This document shows positions 1-7,688 of a DNA stretch of 38,835 nt, in pieces. The position numbers and the translations under genes were made by a program. Each line of letters starts with the position of its first letter. Positions within the stretch are counted from its first letter, which is position 1. The DNA comes from a virus (Duplodnaviria; Heunggongvirae; Uroviricota; Caudoviricetes), in the IMG/VR virus record IMGVR_UViG_2734482565_000006; one strand, given 5' to 3'. Below the pieces are notes generated by a model. It did not search any database, was not told the DNA's origin, and saw only the letters and a list, made by a program, of their open reading frames with translations.

Positions 1-103
1 GCAGCCAGCTTTCCAGGGATTTCAGCAGCGGTTTCGTTTTCAACTGACGTTCGGCAAGGCGCTGTTTCAGCAGGAAGATGTCGTCAGAAGAGATGTCGTT
101 CAT
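1..103 (-). CDS. host gene, 5' end only (runs off window)
   Basis: Minus-strand ATG at 103..101 opens a frame reading MNDISSDDIFLLKQRLAERQLKTKPLLKSLESWL to the window edge; it lies outside the prophage and downstream of a hairpin at 104..127. No strong SD seen. Confidence 0.35.
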   Translation of the reverse strand, partial: MNDISSDDIFLLKQRLAERQLKTKPLLKSLESWL

Positions 104-152
104 AAGCCCGTATTTTACCGGGCTTATTCTGTGACAACCAGGATAAAGAGAT

Positions 153-180
153 TTACAGCATGGTCAGGGAGGTCAGCAGC
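153..180 (-). other. displaced 3' end of the host ORF interrupted by the prophage
   Basis: Minus-strand frame ...CTG CTG ACC TCC CTG ACC ATG CTG TAA (stop at 153..155) is in phase with the host ORF fragment at 38792..38835 when the prophage is removed at the CAGCAGC repeat. Confidence 0.45.
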
Positions 181-206
181 CGCTTAGGCTGTCTATAGCG
201 CGGCGA

Positions 207-277
207 TTTTTTTGATACCGATTTGCATTTCATTTGATACCGCTGAAAAACGCCGATACGCAACTTATTTGATACTA
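207..277. repeat. attR-side array of three closely spaced putative transposase-binding repeats (TTTGATACCGA-like)
   Basis: Motif TTTGATACCG at 211..220 and 233..242, and TTTGATACT at 268..276, in one orientation; the reverse complement recurs at the other prophage end. Confidence 0.6.
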
Positions 278-321
278 AATCGGCGCTTTTCTTTTGAGTT
301 TTAGAATGAGTTTTTAAGCGT

Positions 322-1059
322 TCATTCACTCTCTTTCAAACCAGTTTTAACTGTTTGTGGTTTTGGGTAAGGCTGGACTTTGAATAGCTTTGTGTTAAGG
401 CGTTTTCTGGCTCTCTTGTCCAGAAACCGGATGTAACGAAACTGACGGAATTTATGAACACTGGCTCTGTCGATATTAGCCCGCAGATGTTCACCTCGCT
501 GTCCTCCTCGTTTGATTGCATTCTTGCAAATCTCGTGATACCACTCGCCATCAAGTTCATAGAATGTTGTTTCATGACTGCCTACATAATCAAAATTGCT
601 TGCCTGGTACACGACACCAAGACAGCCACAACGCTCATCTGCAAACGACTGAACCCACTGCACCTGCGGATAAAGTTGTCTGATTAGTTTGAGCGCGTAA
701 CTGATTGCCCTTGATTCGGAGTTTCTCGGCATACAGTCATGCAGCCATAACCGGTTAAGCTCCATATATTCGCGGTTCTGCGTGCCAGTTACGACGCGTG
801 CACCATTGTTTGGATTAAGGGCATAACCCCATTGCATTACGCCAACCAGCTCCCGTTCTGAAAATATGCCCAGATGAAGGTAGGAATTATTTACGAAACG
901 ATGGCTGTAATGTTTATTGACGACGACCAGCCGGGCCAGCCAGCAACTTATTGTCTCAACCCGTAACTCACGGGAGCCATAACCGACGATATTGTCGTTA
1001 TAGTGAATAAGTTCAGGCGTGCTGATGATACGGGATGTAACTTGCTTTCTGTTCCCCAC
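322..1059 (-). CDS. mom: DNA modification protein Mom
   Basis: Located immediately downstream of and overlapping com at the Mu right end, as in Mu. The long ORF (322..1254) has no internal ATG near the com stop; the GTG at 1059..1057 is preceded by AAGGAA and gives about 245 aa. The start is inferred. Confidence 0.7.
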   Translation of the reverse strand: MGNRKQVTSRIISTPELIHYNDNIVGYGSRELRVETISCWLARLVVVNKHYSHRFVNNSYLHLGIFSERELVGVMQWGYALNPNNGARVVTGTQNREYMELNRLWLHDCMPRNSESRAISYALKLIRQLYPQVQWVQSFADERCGCLGVVYQASNFDYVGSHETTFYELDGEWYHEICKNAIKRGGQRGEHLRANIDRASVHKFRQFRYIRFLDKRARKRLNTKLFKVQPYPKPQTVKTGLKESE

Positions 1060-1213
1060 GACAGGATTTCCTTGTGTATGTGGGGTGCTCTGTGGCGCTC
1101 TGAGATGTGATTTGATTGAGGGTTTTACAGCGCGGACATTTAACTTCCAGATAACTGAAGCTGGCTCGTGCCAGTAGCTTGTTACAATGTCGGCACCGTA
1201 TGTTTCGATACAT
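1013..1213 (-). CDS. com: Com, zinc-finger translational activator of mom
   Basis: Translation [35 protein letters not shown]... matches the Mu Com pattern (IRCxxCNKLL...CPRCK, two CxxC pairs). It overlaps the mom 5' end. The start is taken at the internal Met of the 81-aa ORF. Confidence 0.8.
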   Translation of the reverse strand: MYRNIRCRHCNKLLARASFSYLEVKCPRCKTLNQITSQSATEHPTYTRKSCRGEQKASYIPYHQHA

Positions 1214-1260
1214 GGCCGCATAACCTCCTGCTTTGTTGTTGATATCTTTATCACTCAATC

Positions 1261-1346
1261 GATCGACAAAAACGATCGATTTGATTTATTTAATTGATAC
1301 AACAAATAACACGAAATGTCATTAGCGAAAATTTATGAGTTTGATC
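1261..1346. promoter_or_regulatory. mom upstream regulatory region with three GATC (Dam) sites
   Basis: GATC at 1261..1264, 1274..1277 and 1343..1346, within about 130 bp upstream of com in an AT-rich tract. In Mu the mom promoter is controlled by Dam methylation of upstream GATC sites. Confidence 0.4.
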
Positions 1347-1469
1347 ACTAATTTTAAACGGTGCTGTAACGCATAAGTGCTGAATGATTGTACATTTGAA
1401 TACCGCAAAGCAAACAAATCAACTAATTTATAGAAGTCAATTGGTTAATTGCCAGCGTAAGAGGCTGCT

Positions 1470-1763
1470 ATGGACAATCATGTAACGACGAGAAATCGAA
1501 AAATGATTGAAAATGCGGAAATCTATAATGATTATTTTTCCGATTATTCAGATGCCTGCAAATACAGTTCGAGTGCGGGAGAGTTCATATGCTTCAACTT
1601 TTTTATTAAATCTTATGTTTTTCCTCCACAGCAAGAAGATGGAGGTGTGCCACCTCCTGAAATCACTTTGCACCGTATAGCCTCCGTCTCAATGATGGAG
1701 CAACAGGCTAATGAGCTGTATAGCATTCTGGGAACGATTCTACAAAAGCGTGAATCGGACTAA
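1470..1763 (+). CDS. hypothetical protein (AT-rich, divergent from com-mom)
   Basis: 97-aa ORF with AAGAGG 8 nt upstream of the ATG; low GC relative to the phage core; no recognisable motif. Confidence 0.5.
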   Translation: MDNHVTTRNRKMIENAEIYNDYFSDYSDACKYSSSAGEFICFNFFIKSYVFPPQQEDGGVPPPEITLHRIASVSMMEQQANELYSILGTILQKRESD

Positions 1764-1897
1764 TGATACCGGTTCATTTGCCTGCCCGGATGGGGAAGCA
1801 GGATTGACTGCTCCATAAGCAGCTATATTTCTGAATACGAAATACTATCCAGCGATTACATATGGCTGGATAGCGGCAAAGATGTTTTCATTAGTGT

Positions 1898-1925
1898 CAA
1901 ACCGGCAGAGGACACCACCGGTTTG
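1898..1925. terminator. hairpin between convergent genes (possible bidirectional terminator)
   Basis: CAAACCGG-12 nt-CCGGTTTG perfect 8-bp stem between the + ORF 1470..1763 and the - ORF 1931..2185; a second 9-bp-stem hairpin CTATCCAGC/GCTGGATAG lies at 1845..1873. The U-tract is weak. Confidence 0.3.
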
Positions 1926-1930
1926 TATTG

Positions 1931-2185
1931 TTACATCATGGTACTGTCAGTTCCGGGCTGAGCCGGGTCTGGTTGCTCTGGCTGCGCGTCGGTTTTCGGC
2001 TCATTATCAGCATCACTGGCCGCAACTGCTGGCCCAATAAGTTTTGCCAGCACTTCATCAACGTAAGTGTCGATTTGTGCCTCAAAATCCTTGCGGACCT
2101 GCGCTTTCAGCAACTTATTTACTTCACCGGAATACAGTGCCTGTTTTACCAGGTCTTCAGTGACGGTGCCTTTAATTTCTGGCAT
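1931..2185 (-). CDS. hypothetical protein (acidic, Pro/Gln-rich C-terminus)
   Basis: 84-aa ORF with a canonical AGGAGG SD 7 nt upstream of the ATG at 2185. Confidence 0.55.
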   Translation of the reverse strand: MPEIKGTVTEDLVKQALYSGEVNKLLKAQVRKDFEAQIDTYVDEVLAKLIGPAVAASDADNEPKTDAQPEQPDPAQPGTDSTMM

Positions 2186-2220
2186 GTATATCCTCCTTAT
2201 GCGGGAATAAAGCCCTGCAA

Positions 2221-2403
2221 TCAGGGCTGGGTCGGGTCTTTTGGGAGCGGAGTTACCTGCGCTGTTTTACTGAGTTTTTCAGCTGCTGCGTCCTCAATTT
2301 TGCGGCGAACATAATTTCTGATGGCCTTATAACCACCACTCACCAGATATAACGCACATACTGCCGTGCAGAAATACAATAAAATAAGCTGTAAAAATGT
2401 CAT
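2221..2403 (-). CDS. small membrane protein (one predicted TM helix)
   Basis: Start taken at the internal ATG 2403..2401, preceded by GGAGG. Product MTFLQLILLYFCTAVCALYLVSGGYK... has a hydrophobic N-terminal helix followed by a charged tail. Confidence 0.5.
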   Translation of the reverse strand: MTFLQLILLYFCTAVCALYLVSGGYKAIRNYVRRKIEDAAAEKLSKTAQVTPLPKDPTQP

Positions 2404-2499
2404 TATCCCTCCCAATTATTGACATGGTGTTGACACCGGTAATATCTGTTAGGTAAAAAGGTGCACTGCATTTTTTGCTTTGGATATAACGATCTTTTT

Positions 2500-2540
2500 G
2501 CCGCCGGTTTCTTGTTTTCCCTTACCGGCGGCATTTTTTT
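2500..2540 (+). terminator. intrinsic terminator (plus-strand orientation)
   Basis: GCCGCCGGT-15 nt-ACCGGCGGC stem followed by ATTTTTTTA, with CTTTTT just upstream. The T-tract is only on the + strand. Confidence 0.5.
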
Positions 2541-2547
2541 ATCCTGC

Positions 2548-4602
2548 TTACGCGTTATTCACTTCCACCACGATACTGTCAATCAGTACCGGGTAAGTCG
2601 CATTTTTAGTGATATCGGTCACGCGCAACTTGTCTGCCGTAAACGTGCCGACCGGAGACTGCGACAGCATGAATGGTGTCCCGTCCTTACCATCAATGAC
2701 CGGCGTCACCTCAATACTGTTGTTACCGGCAAAACGGAAGCCCAGCGTATGCCATTCGTTATTAAATGCGCCGAATGACCCCAGCTTCGTGTTCTGCGCC
2801 GTGTTTCCTTTGTGATACATCACGTTAAGGTCTGTGGCATCGCTCTGTACGTAGAACGATGCCAGCAGGTTATGACCGGCATTTCCTTCCAGAGTAACCC
2901 CTTGCGGCAGGGCAGAAACCGGCCAGTACAGCGCCAGTGCGTACTGATTAGCCGTAAGCGCGCCATCGAGTTTAAAACGACAACTGACAAGACCACCTTT
3001 ACCCAGCAGGTCCGCACCATTACCAGCATCATGCTCAAGGTACCAGGGGGCTCTTCCTGTTTCCTTGGTCAGTTTCATTGCCTTACCCCCGCTGGCTCCG
3101 GCATCATCCACGATTTGAGCCTTGCCACCTCCGGCAGCCCAACCCTGTGGTGTCAACCGTCCTTCAGACTCAGATGCCCGGTAAGCAAATAGCGTACTCA
3201 TCGTCGTGGTGTCTGCGGGTGGCGTGGACGGTTTTGATGGTGTATCAGGTGACGGCTTCTCATCCGGTGGTGTCACGGTCTGCCCACGCATCAGTTCAGC
3301 CGTGCGCCCTGCATGGAGCATAATAGCTGAGGCCAGACGGTCTGAAATGACGCCCCTGCGTGCCCATGAGCTGAAATGGCTGTCACGCTGTGTCGAAACA
3401 AAACTGCCCTGGGTTCGGGATGCTGCACCGTAATACCCGACAGCCACAATATCCGGGTCTTCCGCCGGAGCATTCGTTGGCGTGCTCTGTCCATTCTCAT
3501 CCGTCAGGAACGGTACAAAGAAAATTTTCTGTGCTTCCTTGCCTTTGTAGCCACCGTATACTGCCTCATATTTATCGGTGCCAGCGTTTTTCCAGTAATA
3601 CGTGGTATCACCGCAAATCCACGGCACCGTGGTGGCATTTCCACTCACGCACTGCGCAGCAAGCGGAGCCAGGTCAGTTCTGAACTGCTGAACCATGGCC
3701 GTGAATAAACTATTATGCTGCTGGCTTCCTGAGGCAAGGTCTGCCTCTCCCTGCATCCAGACCACAGCCAGAAGTTTGTTTTTCGGGTTTTTCGCCAGCG
3801 CGACTTTGGTGCGGCTTACCAGGTCCTGATACAGAGGTTTACCGGCCCCCCAGCGTGAAGAATCAGCGGAAGCACCGCTGGCCTCACTGAATGAGCCGTC
3901 GGCTCCAGTGGTGAATGCTGACCCGCCACGACAACAGGGCACCAGAAGTATCCCGGCATTCTGTGGGATATAGGGAAGCAGTTTTTTGGCAATATGCAAC
4001 CCCTGACCGACAGTCCCGTACTGGCCTTTTGCCAGATCAGCTTTCGGGTGGTTTATCCCGCTCATATCCTGAACATCATGCAGGCAGTGGTCTGCCGGAA
4101 TGATGTCGTTGTATGTACACGACGTACCGTTGGGCGTTACCGTACTGCGGCGTGCCAGTTGCTTAATGCGTGGGTCCGGGCGGTCAAACGAATCCGGTAA
4201 CGGCAGCCCCTCGCCGTAGGCCATGCCATTTGACTGACCCGCGAGAATGACAACAAAGTAATATTCCGGCTCTGAACTGCTGCCATTCGTGCTACCGGAA
4301 GGCCCGGCGTTATCCGGTGCATTCCAGTCGGAGGGCGTGAGCGTTCCGGCCACGTCAGATGTGATTGGAATGATGCCAGTCACGCCTGAACTGGTGATTT
4401 CTGCACTGGGATTACCGGATACCGGCATTACCCATAATGGCTCTTTCGTGCTGAAGCGGATCACGCAGTCTGCGAAGGTGATCCCCCCTTTATTACCCGA
4501 AGGGCGGAAAGGGCTTTCAATAAATGCCACCGTGCCACCGGCAACCTTGACTGAAAACTCTCCGGGCATGGCGGAGAGCATTTTCCACTTGGAGTCTGAC
4601 AT
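2548..4602 (-). CDS. SGNH-hydrolase / sialate-O-acetylesterase-like protein (prophage NanS-p-like) with C-terminal putative carbohydrate-binding domain
   Basis: 684 aa. A central block YFVVILAGQSNGMAYGEG ... VVWMQGEAD resembles the GQSN and QGE(A/S) motifs of SASA/DUF303 esterases. It sits as cargo between gin and com-mom; the SD is weak. Confidence 0.65.
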   Translation of the reverse strand: MSDSKWKMLSAMPGEFSVKVAGGTVAFIESPFRPSGNKGGITFADCVIRFSTKEPLWVMPVSGNPSAEITSSGVTGIIPITSDVAGTLTPSDWNAPDNAGPSGSTNGSSSEPEYYFVVILAGQSNGMAYGEGLPLPDSFDRPDPRIKQLARRSTVTPNGTSCTYNDIIPADHCLHDVQDMSGINHPKADLAKGQYGTVGQGLHIAKKLLPYIPQNAGILLVPCCRGGSAFTTGADGSFSEASGASADSSRWGAGKPLYQDLVSRTKVALAKNPKNKLLAVVWMQGEADLASGSQQHNSLFTAMVQQFRTDLAPLAAQCVSGNATTVPWICGDTTYYWKNAGTDKYEAVYGGYKGKEAQKIFFVPFLTDENGQSTPTNAPAEDPDIVAVGYYGAASRTQGSFVSTQRDSHFSSWARRGVISDRLASAIMLHAGRTAELMRGQTVTPPDEKPSPDTPSKPSTPPADTTTMSTLFAYRASESEGRLTPQGWAAGGGKAQIVDDAGASGGKAMKLTKETGRAPWYLEHDAGNGADLLGKGGLVSCRFKLDGALTANQYALALYWPVSALPQGVTLEGNAGHNLLASFYVQSDATDLNVMYHKGNTAQNTKLGSFGAFNNEWHTLGFRFAGNNSIEVTPVIDGKDGTPFMLSQSPVGTFTADKLRVTDITKNATYPVLIDSIVVEVNNA

Positions 4603-4687
4603 CGTCTTTTCTGCCTGTTTCTGAATTAAACAGAGTCAGAATAGCGACCGCTGAAAAATATGTGTTTTGCGGAAATTCAAAAAAGCG

Positions 4688-5260
4688 TCACGGTACTTTT
4701 GGTGACGGAGCTGGTGAGGCAGGAAAATAACGATAAAGGGTGGAAAGGCCAATATCAAATATCAGTGCGATTTGTTTACGGGACTCGCCATTAGCCAGCA
4801 AACGGGCGATTTGCTCCCGCTCTTTCTCTGTCAGTTTCTGAGGTCTGCCGCCATGACGCCCCTGAGCACGGGCAGCAGCAAGACCCGCGCGTGTACGTTC
4901 AATAATGAGTTCCCGCTCCATTTCCGCCAGCGCGCCCATTATATGGAAAAAGAAACGTCCCATGGGAGTGGATGTATCAATATTGTCCGTAATGCTGCGG
5001 AAGTTAACGCCGCGTTGCCGGAGTTCTTCTGTTAAAAGGACAAGGTGCTGCATACTGCGTCCAAGGCGATCCAGTTTCCAGACCAGCAGGGTATCCCCTG
5101 GCCGGAGTCGCTTTAATGCGCGTTTAAGTCCGGGACGCTCCCTTGTCTTACCGCTTATTCTGTCTTCGAAAAACAGCTCACATCCTGCACATTCCAGCGC
5201 ATTTCTTTGTAGCGCCGTATTCTGGTCATTTGTTGACACCCTGATATACCCAATCAGCAT
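4688..5260 (-). CDS. gin: serine DNA invertase Gin
   Basis: MLIGYIRVSTNDQ... is a resolvase/invertase N-terminal catalytic motif; 190 aa; C-terminal HTH; adjacent to an inverted-repeat-bounded tail-fibre segment. Confidence 0.95.
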   Translation of the reverse strand: MLIGYIRVSTNDQNTALQRNALECAGCELFFEDRISGKTRERPGLKRALKRLRPGDTLLVWKLDRLGRSMQHLVLLTEELRQRGVNFRSITDNIDTSTPMGRFFFHIMGALAEMERELIIERTRAGLAAARAQGRHGGRPQKLTEKEREQIARLLANGESRKQIALIFDIGLSTLYRYFPASPAPSPKVP

Positions 5261-5325
5261 ACGATTTCCTTATTATAAAAAGCCGGAATTGTCGCATGAG
5301 GAATAAAACAGAGTTAATCCTGGCT

Positions 5326-5351
5326 TTCCTGAAAACCTCGGTTTACGGGAA
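5326..5351. repeat. gix-like recombination site (gin-proximal)
   Basis: TTCCTGAAAACC TC GGTTTACGGGAA: imperfect palindrome around a central TC, similar to the gix/hix consensus. The inner arm begins a 71-bp inverted repeat (5337..5407) matching 6530..6600 with 2 mismatches. Confidence 0.6.
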
Positions 5352-5642
5352 ACGGTAAACAGGGCGGCGAATGCTCTGCCATCGGACGGCACCGCCGTTG
5401 CCGCGAATAGACTCGCCACCCCAAGAAATATTAATGGGGTTCCCTTTGACGGGACGCAGGATATCAGGCTGGGAGCAGAGAACAGGCAGGTAATGTACGG
5501 TGGGGCATATTACTCTGCGTACGGTAATGTTATGGCAGGCCTGCAGATTGACAGTAAAGTTGATGCTTCAAACGATTTTATAGCATTCAGACCCCTGCAA
5601 AAATTAGTCGGAGGTACATGGATTACGGTATCTCAGTTATAA
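5337..5642 (+). CDS. promoterless alternative tail-fibre C-terminal cassette (S'v), silent in this orientation
   Basis: No start codon. The frame [27 protein letters not shown]... matches residues about 175-200 of the S protein, then diverges to a different 75-aa tip ending TWITVSQL; stop at 5640..5642. Confidence 0.6.
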   Translation, partial: LGLRETVNRAANALPSDGTAVAANRLATPRNINGVPFDGTQDIRLGAENRQVMYGGAYYSAYGNVMAGLQIDSKVDASNDFIAFRPLQKLVGGTWITVSQL

Positions 5643-5693
5643 ATAGTCAGTAAATAATATATTTTAAAACAGATTTATTTCCAGGAGGATTTT

Positions 5694-6215
5694 ATGGAAC
5701 TAAAAAATATAACCCGTTATTATCCTGAAAATATGCCATATGGTAATAATGTTCAGTATTTCCAGAGTGAAGATGGTAAGGATTTCTACGAATCCCTGCC
5801 ATTATTCACCAAAAAATATAAACTTTGCATAACACCTGACAGCGGCGTTATCTGCTCAATATCACAGGACGCCTCGGCGCTGTATCCTGCGGGGTTTTCT
5901 GTGGTTGAGGTCGATGAACTCCCTGAAGGCACGGATATTTCAGGAAACTGGAAGTTTGATAATGGCATAATCTCCCGTATTCCGGTTAACTACGCAAGAA
6001 AACTGGAAGCAATGCGCCAGTCATATCTTAATCAGGCATATGAAAAAATTAATGACTGGAGAACGGAGCTACAACTGGGCACCATCAGCGATGAAGACAG
6101 AGCAGCACTTACCCAATGGATGGCATACATCAGTCAGGTGAAGAAAATGGAACTACCCGCCATTAAAACAGAAGCTGAATTTAACGCCATTAAATGGCCT
6201 GAGCAGCCACAGTAA
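5694..6215 (+). CDS. tail fibre assembly protein (U'-like)
   Basis: 173 aa with AGGAGG SD; Tfa-like composition and C-terminus; inside the invertible segment and in the inactive orientation relative to the late operon. Confidence 0.8.
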   Translation: MELKNITRYYPENMPYGNNVQYFQSEDGKDFYESLPLFTKKYKLCITPDSGVICSISQDASALYPAGFSVVEVDELPEGTDISGNWKFDNGIISRIPVNYARKLEAMRQSYLNQAYEKINDWRTELQLGTISDEDRAALTQWMAYISQVKKMELPAIKTEAEFNAIKWPEQPQ

Positions 6216-6218
6216 TAA

Positions 6219-6236
6219 AGAAGGCCGGAAGGCCTT
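6219..6236. terminator. hairpin between convergent U' and S genes
   Basis: GAAGGCC GGAA GGCCTTC 7-bp stem; on the minus strand it is followed by TTTATTA. Confidence 0.4.
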
Positions 6237-6246
6237 CTGAATATCA

Positions 6247-7128
6247 TTATATACTTGCAGCCGTCACCCATGCTCCATTTAACAGATACTGCAACGGCCG
6301 GTAATACACGCCGCCGACGTTATCTGCCGTATTCTTACCGACATCCTGTACTTTAATTCCGGTAAGAACATTGCCGCCCCCCAGATTCAGATCCCAGCTT
6401 TCCCATGTTCCGGGCATATGTGCGGTCACCGACCCCAGTCTTATGGCGGTTACTGTTCCTGATGAGATAGTGATATCCTGCGTCCCGTCAAAGGGAACAC
6501 CATTAATTGTGTGGGCATTTGCCAGCCTGTTCGCGGCAACGGCGGTGCCGTCCGATGGCAGGGCATTCGCCGCCCTGTTTACCGTTTCCCGTAAACCGAC
6601 GTTATCGATAAAAGCCCCTTTATCCGGAATGTCTGCGCCGTTCTGCTCCCTGCGCAGGTAACGGTTATCACCTTCGCTTTTGCTGTAAACATCCAGATTA
6701 TTACGGGCGGTTCCCTTATTCTCCAGGTCGGCGAGATTCTGATCCTTCGCCAGGGCATTAACGTCAGCGGGACCAAGACTGTTTTTTGTGGCAAGCGTCC
6801 CCAGACCAAGATAACCACGGGCCAGACGCTGGGCCTCCGCACCGGCATCAGCAATTTCTTTCAGGTTATTTTTCCGGGAAAAGGCATTCGCAGCGATAAT
6901 GGCTTTAATGGACAGCGTAAGCTGGTTTAACTGCGCCTTATCCGGCTGAATACTGGCTTCAGCCAGAATATTCAGCAGTTCGGCCTGGAGAATATTCAGC
7001 CAGTCCTGACCAATCCAGCTGATACCTTTTTGTCCGTCACCTTCGGTAAACCAGGTGGTGGTATTACTCTGCGCCGGTGCCAGCGCAGGCATATTCGCCA
7101 CGCCGGAATTATTATCAACATGAAACAT
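6247..7128 (-). CDS. tail fibre protein S (constant N-terminal part plus variable tip currently in frame)
   Basis: 293 aa; its start overlaps the gp48 stop; the C-terminal about 117 aa lie inside the invertible segment, and the gix-like site falls within the coding sequence. Confidence 0.75.
   Translation of the reverse strand: MFHVDNNSGVANMPALAPAQSNTTTWFTEGDGQKGISWIGQDWLNILQAELLNILAEASIQPDKAQLNQLTLSIKAIIAANAFSRKNNLKEIADAGAEAQRLARGYLGLGTLATKNSLGPADVNALAKDQNLADLENKGTARNNLDVYSKSEGDNRYLRREQNGADIPDKGAFIDNVGLRETVNRAANALPSDGTAVAANRLANAHTINGVPFDGTQDITISSGTVTAIRLGSVTAHMPGTWESWDLNLGGGNVLTGIKVQDVGKNTADNVGGVYYRPLQYLLNGAWVTAASI
6586..6611. repeat. gix-like recombination site inside the S gene
   Basis: TTCCCGTAAACC GA CGTTATCGATAA; the inner half is identical to the reverse complement of the site at 5326..5351, with the central dinucleotide GA versus TC. 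Confidence 0.6.
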
Positions 7129-7688
7129 TAAATAGTCTCCTCTTCATGGCTGTTTGCATAAACGTAAATAAACGTCTGCCATGCAGGCTTATAACGGTTC
7201 AGAATACATTCCAGCGCACCGCCTTCATAAATACGCAGCGGCGTGAGAATATCATCCAGCACATTCATATTCCGGTAGCCGGTTTCACTGTTAATCGTGA
7301 CAATACTGACCCACTGCGAATCCGGTGAGGGCTGAATGTCAATCTGATAACCAAACTCCGCCGCAAACCGGATATAAAATTCACGGTTCAGCGAGGGCTT
7401 CATCCGGTATTTATTTCCGGCATAACGCTGTCGCTCCGTGAGGGTGGCTCCGGCCATATCACACTCGGGAAGCCCGAGATAACGCTCCCAGTCTTCCAGC
7501 AGCAGGCGCGACGTGTCAGGGAAACGCTCGGCAAGCAGCTGTTTACCCGTCCAGGATACACGCGCTGTCGAATGACTGAGGCCCAGACATAATGATGCCA
7601 GTACGGATGACGGACGCTTGTCCCATGCCAGCCCGTCAGGCAGTAACTGCAACAGGGCGCGCTGATGCGGGGTCAGGGTTACAGCCAT
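7128..7688 (-). CDS. baseplate/tail protein (Mu gp48-like)
   Basis: 186 aa; position between the baseplate J-like gene and the tail fibre gene; translationally coupled on both sides. Confidence 0.65.
   Translation of the reverse strand: MAVTLTPHQRALLQLLPDGLAWDKRPSSVLASLCLGLSHSTARVSWTGKQLLAERFPDTSRLLLEDWERYLGLPECDMAGATLTERQRYAGNKYRMKPSLNREFYIRFAAEFGYQIDIQPSPDSQWVSIVTINSETGYRNMNVLDDILTPLRIYEGGALECILNRYKPAWQTFIYVYANSHEEETI

Larger units (their letters stand above)
5339..6598. other. invertible tail-fibre segment (G-segment-like, about 1.26 kb)
   Basis: Bounded by inverted gix-like sites. Contains the C-terminal variable part of S (minus strand), a promoterless alternative fibre tip cassette (plus strand) and a plus-strand tail fibre assembly gene. 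Confidence 0.65.

Noticed and set aside
104-127. Hairpin AAGCCCG-tattttac-CGGGCTT as a terminator of the interrupted host gene
   Set aside because: It has a stem but no convincing U-tract on the minus strand and abuts the next ORF start; kept only as a note, not called.
336-687. Small ORFs (79 aa minus, 77 aa plus) within mom
   Set aside because: Embedded in the mom coding region in alternative frames or strand, without translation signals.
5786-5968. Minus-strand 60-aa ORF inside the invertible segment, considered as a possible co-oriented tail fibre assembly gene
   Set aside because: Lies antisense within the plus-strand assembly gene, has low-complexity Ser/Thr-rich sequence and no SD; not a credible chaperone.
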